Part shown: one piece after another, positions 1-11,431 of the stretch
Position numbering within the stretch: position 1 is the first letter of the stretch
Layout of the letters: the number at the start of each line of letters is the position of its first letter
Assembly: GCA_039028615.1 (NCBI GenBank)
Contig: JBCCHT010000025.1
Location: 64,001-128,000, forward strand
DNA: 64,000 bases
Reading direction: 5' to 3'
Origin: Myxococcota bacterium
Lineage (GTDB): Bacteria; Myxococcota_A; Polyangia; Nannocystales; Nannocystaceae
The notes under the pieces: model-generated
What the model was told of the DNA's origin: nothing
Seen by the model: the letters and a program-made list of their open reading frames with translations, nothing else
Database searches by the model: none
Made by a program: the position numbers and the translations under genes

Positions 1-299
1 GGCTCGGGGGGCACGATGAGCCCGTAGCCCTCGGGGGGCTGCGGCTCCTCGGGAATCTCCAGCTCGGGCTCGATGTCGGCGAGCGTCACCGCATCGGCAT
101 CGGGCGTGGGGCTTGGGGGTGCGCCTGCATCCTCGGCCGGGGCCGGTCGGGGGCTCGCCTCCTCGCGCGGCCGGGCGGGCGCCGTGGCCTCGGCCGGAGC
201 GCCCGCAGACGGCGTGGCCGGAGCCGTGCGGGGCTCGGGTTTGTCGCAGGCAGCCAGGAGCAGGCATGCCAGTCCGATCGTCGCGGCTTCGGTGCGCAT
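1..299 (-). CDS. Putative lipoprotein, partial (runs off window start)
   Basis: ATG at 299 on minus strand translates MRTEAATIGLACLLLAACDKPEP... (lipobox LAAC), followed by a Pro/Ala/Glu-rich linker; read manually, not in ORF track. Confidence 0.65.
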   Translation of the reverse strand, partial: MRTEAATIGLACLLLAACDKPEPRTAPATPSAGAPAEATAPARPREEASPRPAPAEDAGAPPSPTPDADAVTLADIEPELEIPEEPQPPEGYGLIVPPE

Positions 300-412
300 G
301 CGGTTCGTGCATAACGTACGCGCCGGGACCGGGGGAAGATTCCGACGAACGCCGCCGCCTTGCGCGATTTCCGCCCCCCCACGAGACCGAGGGGACGTTA
401 TGGTCCTCGCCG

Positions 413-1087
413 ATGCGCCCCTTCCAGCATCCAGCATGGCCCCACGTGCGCGCCGTGTTGATCGCGCTCCACGTCGCGTCGCTGGTAGTGCTTTCCCTGC
501 CCACGCCGTCGACCGTGCACAACAAGGCCCGCTGGAAGACCGCCAACGCGCAGGCCGATCTCGAGCAGATGGCCAAGCGCCTGCGCGGCTGGGGCATCGA
601 TACCGACCGTGAGCGTTTGACCCAGAGCCTGTGGGATCTCGGCGGCGCCTACCTGAAGGTCCAGCGCCCCTTGGTCGCGCCCTTCCACTGGTACTCGAAG
701 CACAGCGGCTCACGGCAGGGCTGGCGCATGTTCGCCAGTCCCCAGCGTCACCCGGCCGAGCTGCACGTCGACATCGAGCTCGATGGCGTCTGGGTGCCGA
801 TCTACCAGCCGCACTCCGACGAGTACGACTGGAACCGCGCCCAGTTCGAGCACAACCGCTTCCGCAAGTTCCTCGGTCGCTTCGCCCGCGGCTTCGTCCG
901 CACCCACTACGACCACGCCACCCGCTGGATCGCCACCAAGGCCGCCCGCGAGCATCCCGAGGCCACGCGGGTGCGGATCCAGCTGTATCGCTACGCCACG
1001 CCCGGGCCCGAGCAGGTCAAGGCCGGCATCCAACCCAAGGGTCGCTACCAGCACCCGCGACGCTTCGATGCGGAGGCCCTGCGATGA
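413..1087 (+). CDS. DUF5819/SdpA-like membrane-anchored protein, partner of HTTM protein
   Basis: N-terminal hydrophobic helix, QGWRMFASP motif; TGA overlaps ATG of downstream HTTM gene (ATGA). Confidence 0.65.
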   Translation: MRPFQHPAWPHVRAVLIALHVASLVVLSLPTPSTVHNKARWKTANAQADLEQMAKRLRGWGIDTDRERLTQSLWDLGGAYLKVQRPLVAPFHWYSKHSGSRQGWRMFASPQRHPAELHVDIELDGVWVPIYQPHSDEYDWNRAQFEHNRFRKFLGRFARGFVRTHYDHATRWIATKAAREHPEATRVRIQLYRYATPGPEQVKAGIQPKGRYQHPRRFDAEALR

Positions 1088-2028
1088 AGTGGCTGGCCGG
1101 GGTCTGGCGTGCCTGGGTGCAGCTGATGTCCACGCGCGAGCGCGGCACCTCGCTGGCCCGCTTCCGCATCGCGGTGGGCGTGGTCATCCTCTACTCGCTG
1201 CTGTCGATGGTCCTCGGCGACATGGTCGAGGTGATGTGGGTCGACGCCGAGTACGGCGGACTCATCCCCACCGACACCAGTCACTGGCTGGTCGCCACGC
1301 TGGGCGGACGCACGCCGACCGTGGCCTGGACGCTCGTGGGTAGCGGCCTGGCCCTCGCCACCGCGATGGTGCTGGGGCTCGGCGGGCGCATCACCGTGTT
1401 CGCAACCTTGCAGGTCTACTACGCGCTGGCCACCGCCGGGAGCACGCTGACCGGGGGCTACGACACGCTCATCACCAATGCCCTATGGCTGCTGGTGTTC
1501 GCCGACACCACGGCCACCCTGTCGCTCGACTGCCGTCTGCGCACCAAGCGGTGGCGCAGCGATCGTCTGGTGATGGCCTGGCCGCGCTACCTGGTCATCG
1601 CCCAGCTCATCGTGGTCTACGGCTGTACGGGGCTGTACAAGCTGAGCCCCGTGTGGACTCCGGGTGGGGACCTCAGTGCGCTCTACTGGGTGTTCCAGGA
1701 GCCCACGTGGCGGCGCTTCGACATGAGCTTCACCGCCGACGTGTTCTGGGCGACGCAGTTCATGACCGGGGTGACGTGGTGGTGGGAGGTCCTGGCGCCG
1801 CTGATGTTCCTCGTCTACTGGTTCCGCTACACCGCGGACCGCGGCGGGCGGCTGCGCGGGTGGGTCAACCGCTATGACCTGCGCAAGCCGTGGGCGGCGA
1901 TTGGGGTGAGCCTGCACCTGGGGATCTTGGTGCTGCTCAACGTCGGACCGTTTTCGCCGATCAGCCTCGCCTACTACTTGTGCCTCATCCCGCCGCGAGC
2001 CCCGGACGAGCCCGCGGAGCCCAGCTGA
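1084..2028 (+). CDS. HTTM domain membrane protein (SdpB / vitamin K-dependent carboxylase-like)
   Basis: SLARFRIAVG start, multiple TM helices, QLIVVYGCTGLYKL and LHLGILVLLNVGPFS motifs. Confidence 0.8.
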   Translation: MKWLAGVWRAWVQLMSTRERGTSLARFRIAVGVVILYSLLSMVLGDMVEVMWVDAEYGGLIPTDTSHWLVATLGGRTPTVAWTLVGSGLALATAMVLGLGGRITVFATLQVYYALATAGSTLTGGYDTLITNALWLLVFADTTATLSLDCRLRTKRWRSDRLVMAWPRYLVIAQLIVVYGCTGLYKLSPVWTPGGDLSALYWVFQEPTWRRFDMSFTADVFWATQFMTGVTWWWEVLAPLMFLVYWFRYTADRGGRLRGWVNRYDLRKPWAAIGVSLHLGILVLLNVGPFSPISLAYYLCLIPPRAPDEPAEPS

Positions 2029-3117
2029 CTACTGGTGGAGCCCCATCCCGCCCATCTCTTCCATGTGCCCGTCTTGGCCGACGAGCTCCATGGGGCGGCC
2101 CATCTGGCGGGCGACCTGGACGGCGTCTTGGAGGCGCTCGAAGAGCTGGCGATGCTCGGGCAGGCCGTACAGCAGCAGCTCGGGATCGGACTTGTCGGTG
2201 CCGATGAGGGTGATGCGGCCGTTGCCCGTGAGGCGGTCGGCGAGGGTCTGGTTGTAGCGGACGTCGAGCACACGCCACAGCTCGAGACCGTCGACCTCGC
2301 GGTTGAGGATGCCGCGCTCGTACTCGACCCGCCGCGCGGTGATCTTGAAGCGGGTGGTCCGGTGGCGCAGGAACACCAGGAACAGGCCGGGCAGCGACGC
2401 CAGGCCGAGCAGCCATAGCGGCCACTTCGAGAAGAACTCGATCTGCATCAGGCCGATCCCGACCGCGACGCCGGCGATGAGCACCAAGATCCAGCGGGCG
2501 TAGGCGCCGGCATGGGCGCTGTGCTTGCCGAGACCTTCGTAGATGGTCTCGGGTTGCTGGTGACCGGTGGCTCCGGCGGGGGCGTGGGCGCGGGGGGCTT
2601 GCGGGGAATTCGGCATGGGGTCTGGACCGGTGGTGGGTGGGGCGGACGATGGATGGCCGTAGCCCGCACCAGCGTAACCCGGCGCGGGCGCAGCTGGCTG
2701 CCCCACGGGCGCACCAACTGGCTGGCCGTGCGGTGGATTCCCATACGGGGCCGCATGCGGCACGTGCATGTGTGGGGGATACGCCGGCGGAACGGCGACC
2801 GGCGGCGACGCGTGGCCATGCGCGGGAGCGGCCGGGTGACCGGGTGCGGCCGCGTGCCCCCCGGGATGCGCGGGGGCGTGACCGGGGGCGACGGCATGGC
2901 CCGCGGCATAGCCGGGCGCGGCATGAGCCGGGGCCGCATGGCCGGCAGGCGCAGCCGGTGGCGCCGCAGGTGGAGGACCGCCCGCATAGCCGGGCGGCAC
3001 CGCGGCGGGGTCGGCCCGCAGCTCCCCCGGCAGGGGAGCAGTCCCCGAGTCCTCGGGTACGAGATGCGACCAACCCGGCGGCTGCCCGGCTCCTCCACCC
3101 GATGGGCCTTGGCTCAT
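2029..3117 (-). CDS. Bacterial PH (bPH_2) domain membrane protein with long Pro/Ala/His-rich N-terminus
   Basis: Two TM helices then FKITARRVEYERGILNR...VLDVRYNQTLADRLTGNGRITL, typical of bPH_2. Confidence 0.8.
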   Translation of the reverse strand: MSQGPSGGGAGQPPGWSHLVPEDSGTAPLPGELRADPAAVPPGYAGGPPPAAPPAAPAGHAAPAHAAPGYAAGHAVAPGHAPAHPGGHAAAPGHPAAPAHGHASPPVAVPPAYPPHMHVPHAAPYGNPPHGQPVGAPVGQPAAPAPGYAGAGYGHPSSAPPTTGPDPMPNSPQAPRAHAPAGATGHQQPETIYEGLGKHSAHAGAYARWILVLIAGVAVGIGLMQIEFFSKWPLWLLGLASLPGLFLVFLRHRTTRFKITARRVEYERGILNREVDGLELWRVLDVRYNQTLADRLTGNGRITLIGTDKSDPELLLYGLPEHRQLFERLQDAVQVARQMGRPMELVGQDGHMEEMGGMGLHQ

Positions 3118-3285
3118 GCCCAGCAGTTTCTCAGACGGGCGCCATCACCGACAAGGGTGGCTGTGCCCGTGTGTGCCCCCGCCGAGCAACGACCGGGCCG
3201 GCCACCACCGATTCGGCGAGCTCCCCGACGACGCGCCCCCGCCCGATTCGGTACCGACCGATTCCTCGGTACCATCGCGTCCACC

Positions 3286-4356
3286 ATGCGTCTGGCTCAT
3301 GCCACGCTCCGCGGCATCGCTCCCTTCGGTGAGCTGGAGGTCGATTTCTGCGACGCCCACGGTGACCCGCGACCGGTCATGGTCGTGCACGGCGGCGCCG
3401 GGGTGGGCAAGACCATGCTGCTCAACGCACTAGCGTGTACGCGGCCGGGGCACATGACGATCGGCAGCAACCTGTGCGCCGCCGATGGCGAGTCTCCGCA
3501 GGTCACCTGTGCCTGGAACCTGGGCGAAGACGAGCCCTCGCGCCCGCATCCGCTGCTCGTGCACACCCCGGGCACGACGCCCGCCTCCGAGGACGCCGCC
3601 ATGCTCCGCCGCGAGCAGTCGCTCTTCGATCGGCGCGCCCGCGAGCAGGGCGGCTTCGTGTTCCTGCTCTTCCCCGCCAACCGCTGGTTCTCGCGGCAGG
3701 CCGTCTCCATGCACGCGCCCCTGCGCAACGTGATGCGGTACGACGTGCGGAGCACGACCTCCCTCGAGCAGAGCAGCCACGCCGACCTCACCCGCGAGAC
3801 CAAGCAAGCCCTGGCCTACGCCGCCATCAGCTCCGCCCTCGTGCCCCGCAGCCAGCGCGAGCGCCACGACGCAGGCGGGCGCGGCCGCATCGACACCCGC
3901 CTGCTCGGCTCGGCCATGCACGAGACAGTCGACACCATGGTCCGCCTCGGCGGGTTTGCCTACCAGGGCCTCGACCCGCTGAGCTTCGAGCCCCGCTTCT
4001 CCAGCCCCGGCGGACGGCAGCTGAGCTTCGACGCCCTGCCCACGCGCACCCGCCACCTGGTGGCCTACGCCGCCATCACCATCCGTACCCTCTTCGCCGC
4101 CTACCCCACCATTGACCCCCGCACCGCCCAGGGGGTCGTGGCGATCGACGATGCCGAGCTGCACCAGGACGCCTCCGTGCTGGCCGAGCTCATCCCCACC
4201 TTGCGGGCTGCGCTGCTCGGCGTGCAGTGGATCTTCACCACCTCGTCCCCTCAGCTCGCCGCCGCCGCAGCCCCCGGTCAGGTCGTCGCGCTGCGCAGGC
4301 TCGACGAAGACGACGAGGTGACCCTCTTTCGCGACGAGCACGCCCGCACGCACTGA
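3286..4356 (+). CDS. ABC/AAA_21-type ATP-binding protein, degenerate motifs
   Basis: Walker A GGAGVGKT, Walker B-like VVAIDDAELH, H-loop-like IFTTSSP. Confidence 0.75.
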   Translation: MRLAHATLRGIAPFGELEVDFCDAHGDPRPVMVVHGGAGVGKTMLLNALACTRPGHMTIGSNLCAADGESPQVTCAWNLGEDEPSRPHPLLVHTPGTTPASEDAAMLRREQSLFDRRAREQGGFVFLLFPANRWFSRQAVSMHAPLRNVMRYDVRSTTSLEQSSHADLTRETKQALAYAAISSALVPRSQRERHDAGGRGRIDTRLLGSAMHETVDTMVRLGGFAYQGLDPLSFEPRFSSPGGRQLSFDALPTRTRHLVAYAAITIRTLFAAYPTIDPRTAQGVVAIDDAELHQDASVLAELIPTLRAALLGVQWIFTTSSPQLAAAAAPGQVVALRRLDEDDEVTLFRDEHARTH

Positions 4357-4377
4357 CGTGCCGCGAGCCCGACCCGC

Positions 4378-5385
4378 TCAGGGTTTGAAGCGGACGTGGA
4401 AGTGGTCGCGGTGACCCTTCCAGTGGCGGATGATGCCGTGGGCGGCACGGCGCCCGTGCGGGTACTGGAAGATGCGGTCGAGCTCGTTGGGGTCGATGCC
4501 CTGGTCGCGGACGTGCTCGTAGAGCAGGCGCTGGAGGTCGTAGTCGACGAAGATGTAGACGACGGCATCGGTGTCGAGCAGGGCCTGCAGCAGCTCCCAG
4601 GTGCGGGCTCGGTCGAGGGTCGTGGCGTTGGCGATGCCGAAGCGGGCGCGCGAGTGATGGAGCACGTAGGCGATGTCGGCGTCCCGGCCTTCGCGGTGGC
4701 TGATGTGCGGCGGGAAGGGGCCGCCGTGCTCGCGGCTGATGTCGCCGATGTGCACCTTGGGCACGGTGCGGCCTCGCGCGTAGGCGTGGATGGCATCGCG
4801 GAGCAGCGCGACGGTACGGGGCGTGGCCCAGGCGTAGGCACCCGCCTTGATCGTGTAGTGCGGACCGGGCGGGAGCTGGATGGCATCCGTCATCGAGCCG
4901 GACAGGCGCAGGTCGTCGACGAGGTCGGGATAGAAGACGTCCTGGGCCGAAAGCTCGATGGGGATCTCCGAGACGCTGAGGTACTCGACTTCACCCGCGT
5001 GGCTCAGCTCGATGACGCCGTCTTCGATGCCCAGCAGCTTCACGCCCTCCCGCAGGTCGTCGCCGGGTCGAAAGTTGGCGATGACCCCGGTGTCGTCGTC
5101 ACGAATCGTGGCGCGAGATTGCGAGGCGTCCGCGGCTTCCATCGTGGCCAGCAGCGCGAGCGGCAAGGTGGTCGGTGGCCAGGGTCGACGGCGCACGACT
5201 TCAGTCGGCTCGGCGGGGCTCGGAGGGCTCGCCTCGGGCTCGGGTACAGGCGGGCTCGCGATGGCCTCGGGCGTAGGCTGGGCGTCCTGCTCCACCGAGG
5301 GGTCCGCCGTCGGTGGCTCGGGCTCGGGATCGCACGCCATGGCCCCCGAAAGCAGCGCGACCATCACCGCGATTCGTGTGCCCAT
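4378..5385 (-). CDS. Lipoprotein: GspC/PilP-like domain fused to penicillin-insensitive murein endopeptidase (MepA family)
   Basis: Signal ending GAMAC; IGDISREHGGPFPPHISHREGRDADI and HRDHFHVRF MepA motifs; LPLALLATM...FRPGDDL...IELSHAGEVEYL resembles the T2SS C HR domain. Confidence 0.8.
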   Translation of the reverse strand: MGTRIAVMVALLSGAMACDPEPEPPTADPSVEQDAQPTPEAIASPPVPEPEASPPSPAEPTEVVRRRPWPPTTLPLALLATMEAADASQSRATIRDDDTGVIANFRPGDDLREGVKLLGIEDGVIELSHAGEVEYLSVSEIPIELSAQDVFYPDLVDDLRLSGSMTDAIQLPPGPHYTIKAGAYAWATPRTVALLRDAIHAYARGRTVPKVHIGDISREHGGPFPPHISHREGRDADIAYVLHHSRARFGIANATTLDRARTWELLQALLDTDAVVYIFVDYDLQRLLYEHVRDQGIDPNELDRIFQYPHGRRAAHGIIRHWKGHRDHFHVRFKP

Positions 5386-5638
5386 GCGGCCGTGCTGCCC
5401 AGTGCTCATCGGTCTTGAGGTCGAGCAAGTCTCGTACCACGACGCTGATCCAGCACCTTCGGCGTGGTCGCCCGAGGCTGGCGGAGCACCGCGACCCTCA
5501 GCCTCCGACACGATGTCACGATCGCACGCGGCCCCCGGGCGAGACGTCATCCGGCTCGCGGGCTCGAATAGGGCCGACATGAAAAAGCGACAACCCCGCG
5601 ATTTTATGTTACGTTTGTGTTACGGAACGATGTCGCCC

Positions 5639-5914
5639 ATGAAACACCTACTCATTGAATCCGTATCGGTGGGCATCGCGATGATTGGCGTCTTGCTGCT
5701 GCATCCCATGACCGCGAGCTCAAATGTCGAGAATCATACGTCTTTGAGCGAATCCCGCGCCCAGCAGGAGTCCGCGCTCTATCTCGACAATGAGCCGCAA
5801 AGCGCGCATTTCGACCTCTCCTCGAAGCGCTGGTCTGTGACCGACGGCGAATCCACCGCATGGCTCGATGCCCGGACGGGCGAGCTGGTCGAGATCGAGT
5901 TCGGGGCGCCGTAA
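5639..5914 (+). CDS. Small hypothetical exported/membrane protein
   Basis: 91-aa ORF with hydrophobic N-terminus, C-terminal AWLDARTGELVEIEF; alternative start 5630. Confidence 0.5.
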   Translation: MKHLLIESVSVGIAMIGVLLLHPMTASSNVENHTSLSESRAQQESALYLDNEPQSAHFDLSSKRWSVTDGESTAWLDARTGELVEIEFGAP

Positions 5915-6075
5915 CGCACTCTTCGACACCGACCGCTCCTTGGCGGCGCCCCGGACCTCAGCGTCCGGCGACGCGAGCCGACGAGGAGCCGGGGTCGGGA
6001 TCGCAACAACAACTCGGGGCGACGGCCAGTACGCAGCCCGGGCGGAAGCCCGGCGCGGGCTGGCATGCGGCCACG

Positions 6076-9366
<3,291 letters not shown>

Positions 9367-9460
9367 TCACGTGATCTCGACGCCCGACCGACCCGCTTGA
9401 AAACGGTACGGAGGACGGTCGCCGCCATGCGGCACGGGCATGTCACCGAGCCCGCCAACG

Positions 9461-11308
9461 CTACCGCTGGGCCGGGGCCACGGCACGAGCAACCAGTGCG
9501 GTCTGGCTGACGGGCACCACCTCCCCAGTGCTTCGATCGGCGAGCTGGAGGGCGTAGGCCGAGTCCTCGCTGATGTCGGCGCAGGCGTCGCGAGCCGGAC
9601 TGCATTCGAAGAACAGGGCAAACGAGGCATCCCAGGCCGGCTCGATGAACCACGAGAGGATCCAGTCACGGGCGAGAGGGCCGTCGAGTCGTTGCGGACG
9701 ACCGGGTCGCGACGCGCCGATGTCCACCGCGTGAAGGCTTCGCTCGCCCGTCTTCGGGTGCACCGCGCTGTACATCATGGTCGCGGGATCGCGCGTGGGA
9801 AAGAAGGAGAACAGAAACGGTGGCGCGGCAGCCCCCACCCGCTGGGACAGGCCCGGCTCGGCCCCCGAGAGATTGGTGCGGGCCAGCTCGTGCTCTTGCT
9901 CGTAGTACAGCCACGTCGAGGTCGGGTCGAACCATGGCCGATCGTGGTTGACCGAAGGCAGGTCGGTGAGCGGCACGGAGGGCCCGAGACCGGAGCCCGT
10001 GTACTCGGCCAGGTGCAGGACATCGGCTCCGGTCGGCATCCGCACGAGGTACAGCAGCCACCGCCCGTCTGGGGACCAGTCGAAGTGCTGGTGGAGGACC
10101 TGGCCGGGCGGGTCGGTATGAACGAGGCTCGCGGGCGATGGCGAGCCCGTCGCCAGATCCACGAAGTAGAGGTCCCCGCCGACCGCAACGCCACTCCAGT
10201 ACACGAGCGCGCTGCCGTCGGGGGCGAACGCGGGGCCCACCAGCCAGGGCCGCTCCGGGGGCACCGTGTCGATGCGGATCGGGTCAGCGGGCGTCGGTCC
10301 GGACAGATCGACGAAGTACAGCGCGTCCGGCAGCTCGGGCGAAGACCAGGGCGTCTCGAGGTAGGTCAGGGCCTGCCCTCCCGGAGCGACACGGGGCTCC
10401 ACCGCACGCCGCTGTGGATCGAGCACGGCGCTGACCCTGGCGATCGAGGCCGGATCGGGAGCGGTGAGCGAGGCGAGATAGACCTCGCCGGGCCCCTGTG
10501 CGGGGTTGGTCGCGAACGCCAACGTCTGACCATCGGGGCTGGGGTGCATGTCGTACAGGTCAAAGGGCGCGTCTTCGTCGTGGGGCACCGTCAACTCGGG
10601 CGCCTCGAGGACCCCGTCCTGATAGATCAACGTGAAGAGAGCCGCGTTGTCCGGCGGTGCGCCCTCGGCATGGTCACGAGCCCAGACGAGAAAGGTCTGC
10701 GTCTGCGGGATGTACTGCTCGATGGACAGCTGCGACGCCGCGGGCAGAGGGTCGACCCCGAAGGGCTGCGAAGCACCGGGTGTATCCGTGGAGATGTTCA
10801 CGACGAAGCACGACGTGTTGGGGTCCTCGTCGTCGCGGGTGCAGTAGGCCACCCCGTGCCCGTCGTCGACGACCTCGATCGAGTGGGTGAAGGTCGTGGG
10901 CGGCAGCGCGGGCGTCAGGGTCTGGGGTGCCGACAGCTCGCCCTCGGCATAGGTGTACAGCAGCGGCTCTCCGAGCCCACGAAACGAGGCGGTGTCGAAC
11001 ACGACAAAGCGTCCTCCACTGGGCTGCGCCCCTTCGGTGGTCTCCTCACCCTCGGACGATTCCTCGACGCCCATGGTGGTGTCGAGCGACCCCGTGCTGC
11101 CGGTCGCACCGACCTGGCCCGTCATCGATTCGGTGCCCGTGCCGAAGACCGTCGTGGACTCCTCCGCCACGCCCGTGGACTCTTCTGGGTCGATCGGGAC
11201 GATGGGGTCGCTGCAGGCCGCCCACGCCAGCGGGCTCGTGAGCGCGAGGGCCTGGAGGGTTCGTCGAACGCAGCGCCGTGACACGCCGAGCAACACTGCA
11301 TGGGCCAT
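9461..11308 (-). CDS. Lipoprotein with TolB/PD40-like beta-propeller
   Basis: Lipobox WAAC, Ser/Thr/Glu linker, repeated PSPDGQTLAF / FAPDGSALVY / WSPDGRWLLY blades. Confidence 0.75.
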   Translation of the reverse strand: MAHAVLLGVSRRCVRRTLQALALTSPLAWAACSDPIVPIDPEESTGVAEESTTVFGTGTESMTGQVGATGSTGSLDTTMGVEESSEGEETTEGAQPSGGRFVVFDTASFRGLGEPLLYTYAEGELSAPQTLTPALPPTTFTHSIEVVDDGHGVAYCTRDDEDPNTSCFVVNISTDTPGASQPFGVDPLPAASQLSIEQYIPQTQTFLVWARDHAEGAPPDNAALFTLIYQDGVLEAPELTVPHDEDAPFDLYDMHPSPDGQTLAFATNPAQGPGEVYLASLTAPDPASIARVSAVLDPQRRAVEPRVAPGGQALTYLETPWSSPELPDALYFVDLSGPTPADPIRIDTVPPERPWLVGPAFAPDGSALVYWSGVAVGGDLYFVDLATGSPSPASLVHTDPPGQVLHQHFDWSPDGRWLLYLVRMPTGADVLHLAEYTGSGLGPSVPLTDLPSVNHDRPWFDPTSTWLYYEQEHELARTNLSGAEPGLSQRVGAAAPPFLFSFFPTRDPATMMYSAVHPKTGERSLHAVDIGASRPGRPQRLDGPLARDWILSWFIEPAWDASFALFFECSPARDACADISEDSAYALQLADRSTGEVVPVSQTALVARAVAPAQR

Positions 11309-11431
11309 GCCCAGCGAAACACCCAGTGACTCGACGCGGGCCGCACACCGTAGGTGCCATCGGTGACGCGTTCCGCGACCCACTCTGCAAAGTTTACGCA
11401 CCCACGGGTCGCCGATGGCAGGATGGGGGCG

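Noticed and set aside
3286..4356. Septu/PARIS/retron-type defence system
   Set aside because: No adjacent HNH, TOPRIM or RT gene; both flanking genes are unrelated and on the opposite strand
11342..11369. Possible fourth ECF motif upstream of the beta-propeller gene (GCGTCAC on minus strand)
   Set aside because: The sequence 15 nt downstream is TGTGCG, not CGTCCA
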